The translations under genes and the position numbers were made by a program. The notes under the pieces are model-generated. The model saw only the letters and a program-made list of their open reading frames with translations, was not told the origin of the DNA and ran no database searches. A stretch of 64,000 nucleotides of DNA from a bacterium (GTDB lineage: Bacteria; Patescibacteriota; Minisyncoccia; UBA6257; WO2-44-18), in contig JAHFLQ010000002.1 of NCBI GenBank assembly GCA_023244815.1, forward strand, positions 6,994 through 70,993, read 5' to 3'. Shown here in pieces: positions 63,444 to 64,000 of the stretch. How positions within the stretch are numbered: the stretch's first letter is position 1; every line of letters begins with the position of its first letter.

Positions 63444-64000
63444 GTGGCGAAAAAAGATAAACGGCAATCGCTAATCGTCAATCCGGAAACCAAAAACAGC
63501 ATCGTCGCTATTTTTTTAATCGGTTTGTCCGCAATCCTGATTTTGGCGGCCTTCCAAAAGGCCGGTCCGGCAGGTTCAGCCATCCATCTTGTGTTAAACG
63601 ATCTGTTCGGATGGGGCTACTATTTATTGCCAACTATTTCTATTTTAGTGGCCCTGCTGTTTTTCTTTTCCCGCCAACGGGTATTTATCGGCGCTAGTAT
63701 GGTCGGTTCGGTTTTATTCGTCGTTTCCGGACTGGGCTTAATCGATATTTTATTCCCAGCCCAAGGCGGCTGGGTGGGGAAAATTATAGGATTTCTTCAG
63801 ATACCGTTCGGTTATACCGCTTCTATTATTTTAACCATTGTTCTGTTAATTGTTTCTTTGCTGATAACTTTTAACGCTTCCATTAAATTCAAAAAGGCGG
63901 GAAAGAAGATAGCCGGTGAGCCGGAGCCCTTTGCTGAAAAAGAAGTTGAGGATATAAAAATAGCGGAAATGGAAACCAGGCCGCAACGCGAAAATAAAAG
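63444..64000 (+). CDS. ftsK: FtsK/SpoIIIE-family DNA translocase, N-terminal membrane domain (partial; runs off the window)
   Basis: GTG start. The translation SIVAIFLIGLSAILILAAF...GWGYYLLP...VGSVLFVVSGLGLIDIL...GGWVGKIIG has the four TM helices of the FtsK N-terminal domain, followed by a charged linker. Confidence 0.5.
   Translation, partial: MAKKDKRQSLIVNPETKNSIVAIFLIGLSAILILAAFQKAGPAGSAIHLVLNDLFGWGYYLLPTISILVALLFFFSRQRVFIGASMVGSVLFVVSGLGLIDILFPAQGGWVGKIIGFLQIPFGYTASIILTIVLLIVSLLITFNASIKFKKAGKKIAGEPEPFAEKEVEDIKIAEMETRPQRENK

Noticed and set aside
1-64000. Mobile elements (transposase, integrase, phage genes) or defence systems (CRISPR, restriction-modification, toxin-antitoxin)
   Set aside because: No ORF shows DDE/HUH transposase, tyrosine or serine recombinase, Cas, restriction endonuclease or toxin motifs. 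The many methyltransferases have sugar or small-molecule MTase architecture (Methyltransf_11, TylF) rather than DNA MTase motifs (no DPPY or PCQ signatures).

Overview
The window is a compact genome segment with tightly packed, often overlapping genes, mostly on the minus strand, and short hairpin terminators. Flanks are about 40-45% G+C by eye. It looks bacterial, and the gene content resembles an uncultivated, possibly CPR/Patescibacteria-like lineage; this is a guess from the sequence alone.

About positions 700-47700 form one very large surface-glycan biosynthesis and glycosylation island. It contains:
- a sialic-acid-type core: one NeuB-like synthase and two NeuC-like hydrolysing 2-epimerases
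- four NeuA/PseF-type CMP-sugar cytidylyltransferase paralogs, three of them in tandem
- a GDP-heptose module (transaldolase-like, GmhA, HddA, HddC)
- three GalE-like SDR epimerase/dehydratases and a CBS-fused nucleotide-sugar dehydrogenase
- five clear paralogs, plus one divergent member, of a roughly 450-aa TagF-like GT-B transferase family, interleaved with six SAM methyltransferases
- GT4, GT2 (Dpm1-like) and GT-C-like glycosyltransferases, including two double-GT4 fusion proteins
- a Wzx-like flippase
- a radical-SAM/SPASM enzyme
- a module of a DHQS-like cyclase, an HpcH-aldolase-like protein and an SDR

The locus is followed by a membrane-anchored TPR protein and a 1275-aa Thr/Ser/Gly-rich secreted protein with a peptidoglycan-binding domain, which is the likely glycosylation target. 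Beyond that are a winged-helix regulator and housekeeping genes: galU, clpB, iscS, a DEDD exonuclease, a frameshifted phosphomannomutase and a partial ftsK.

The most unusual sequence-level feature is a set of in-frame tandem heptanucleotide tracts, (GTAATTR)3-4 and (GAATCNT)5, inside three GT4 genes. They could mediate slipped-strand phase variation or recombination between paralogs. I found no CRISPR array, transposase or integrase, and recognised no tRNA or rRNA.
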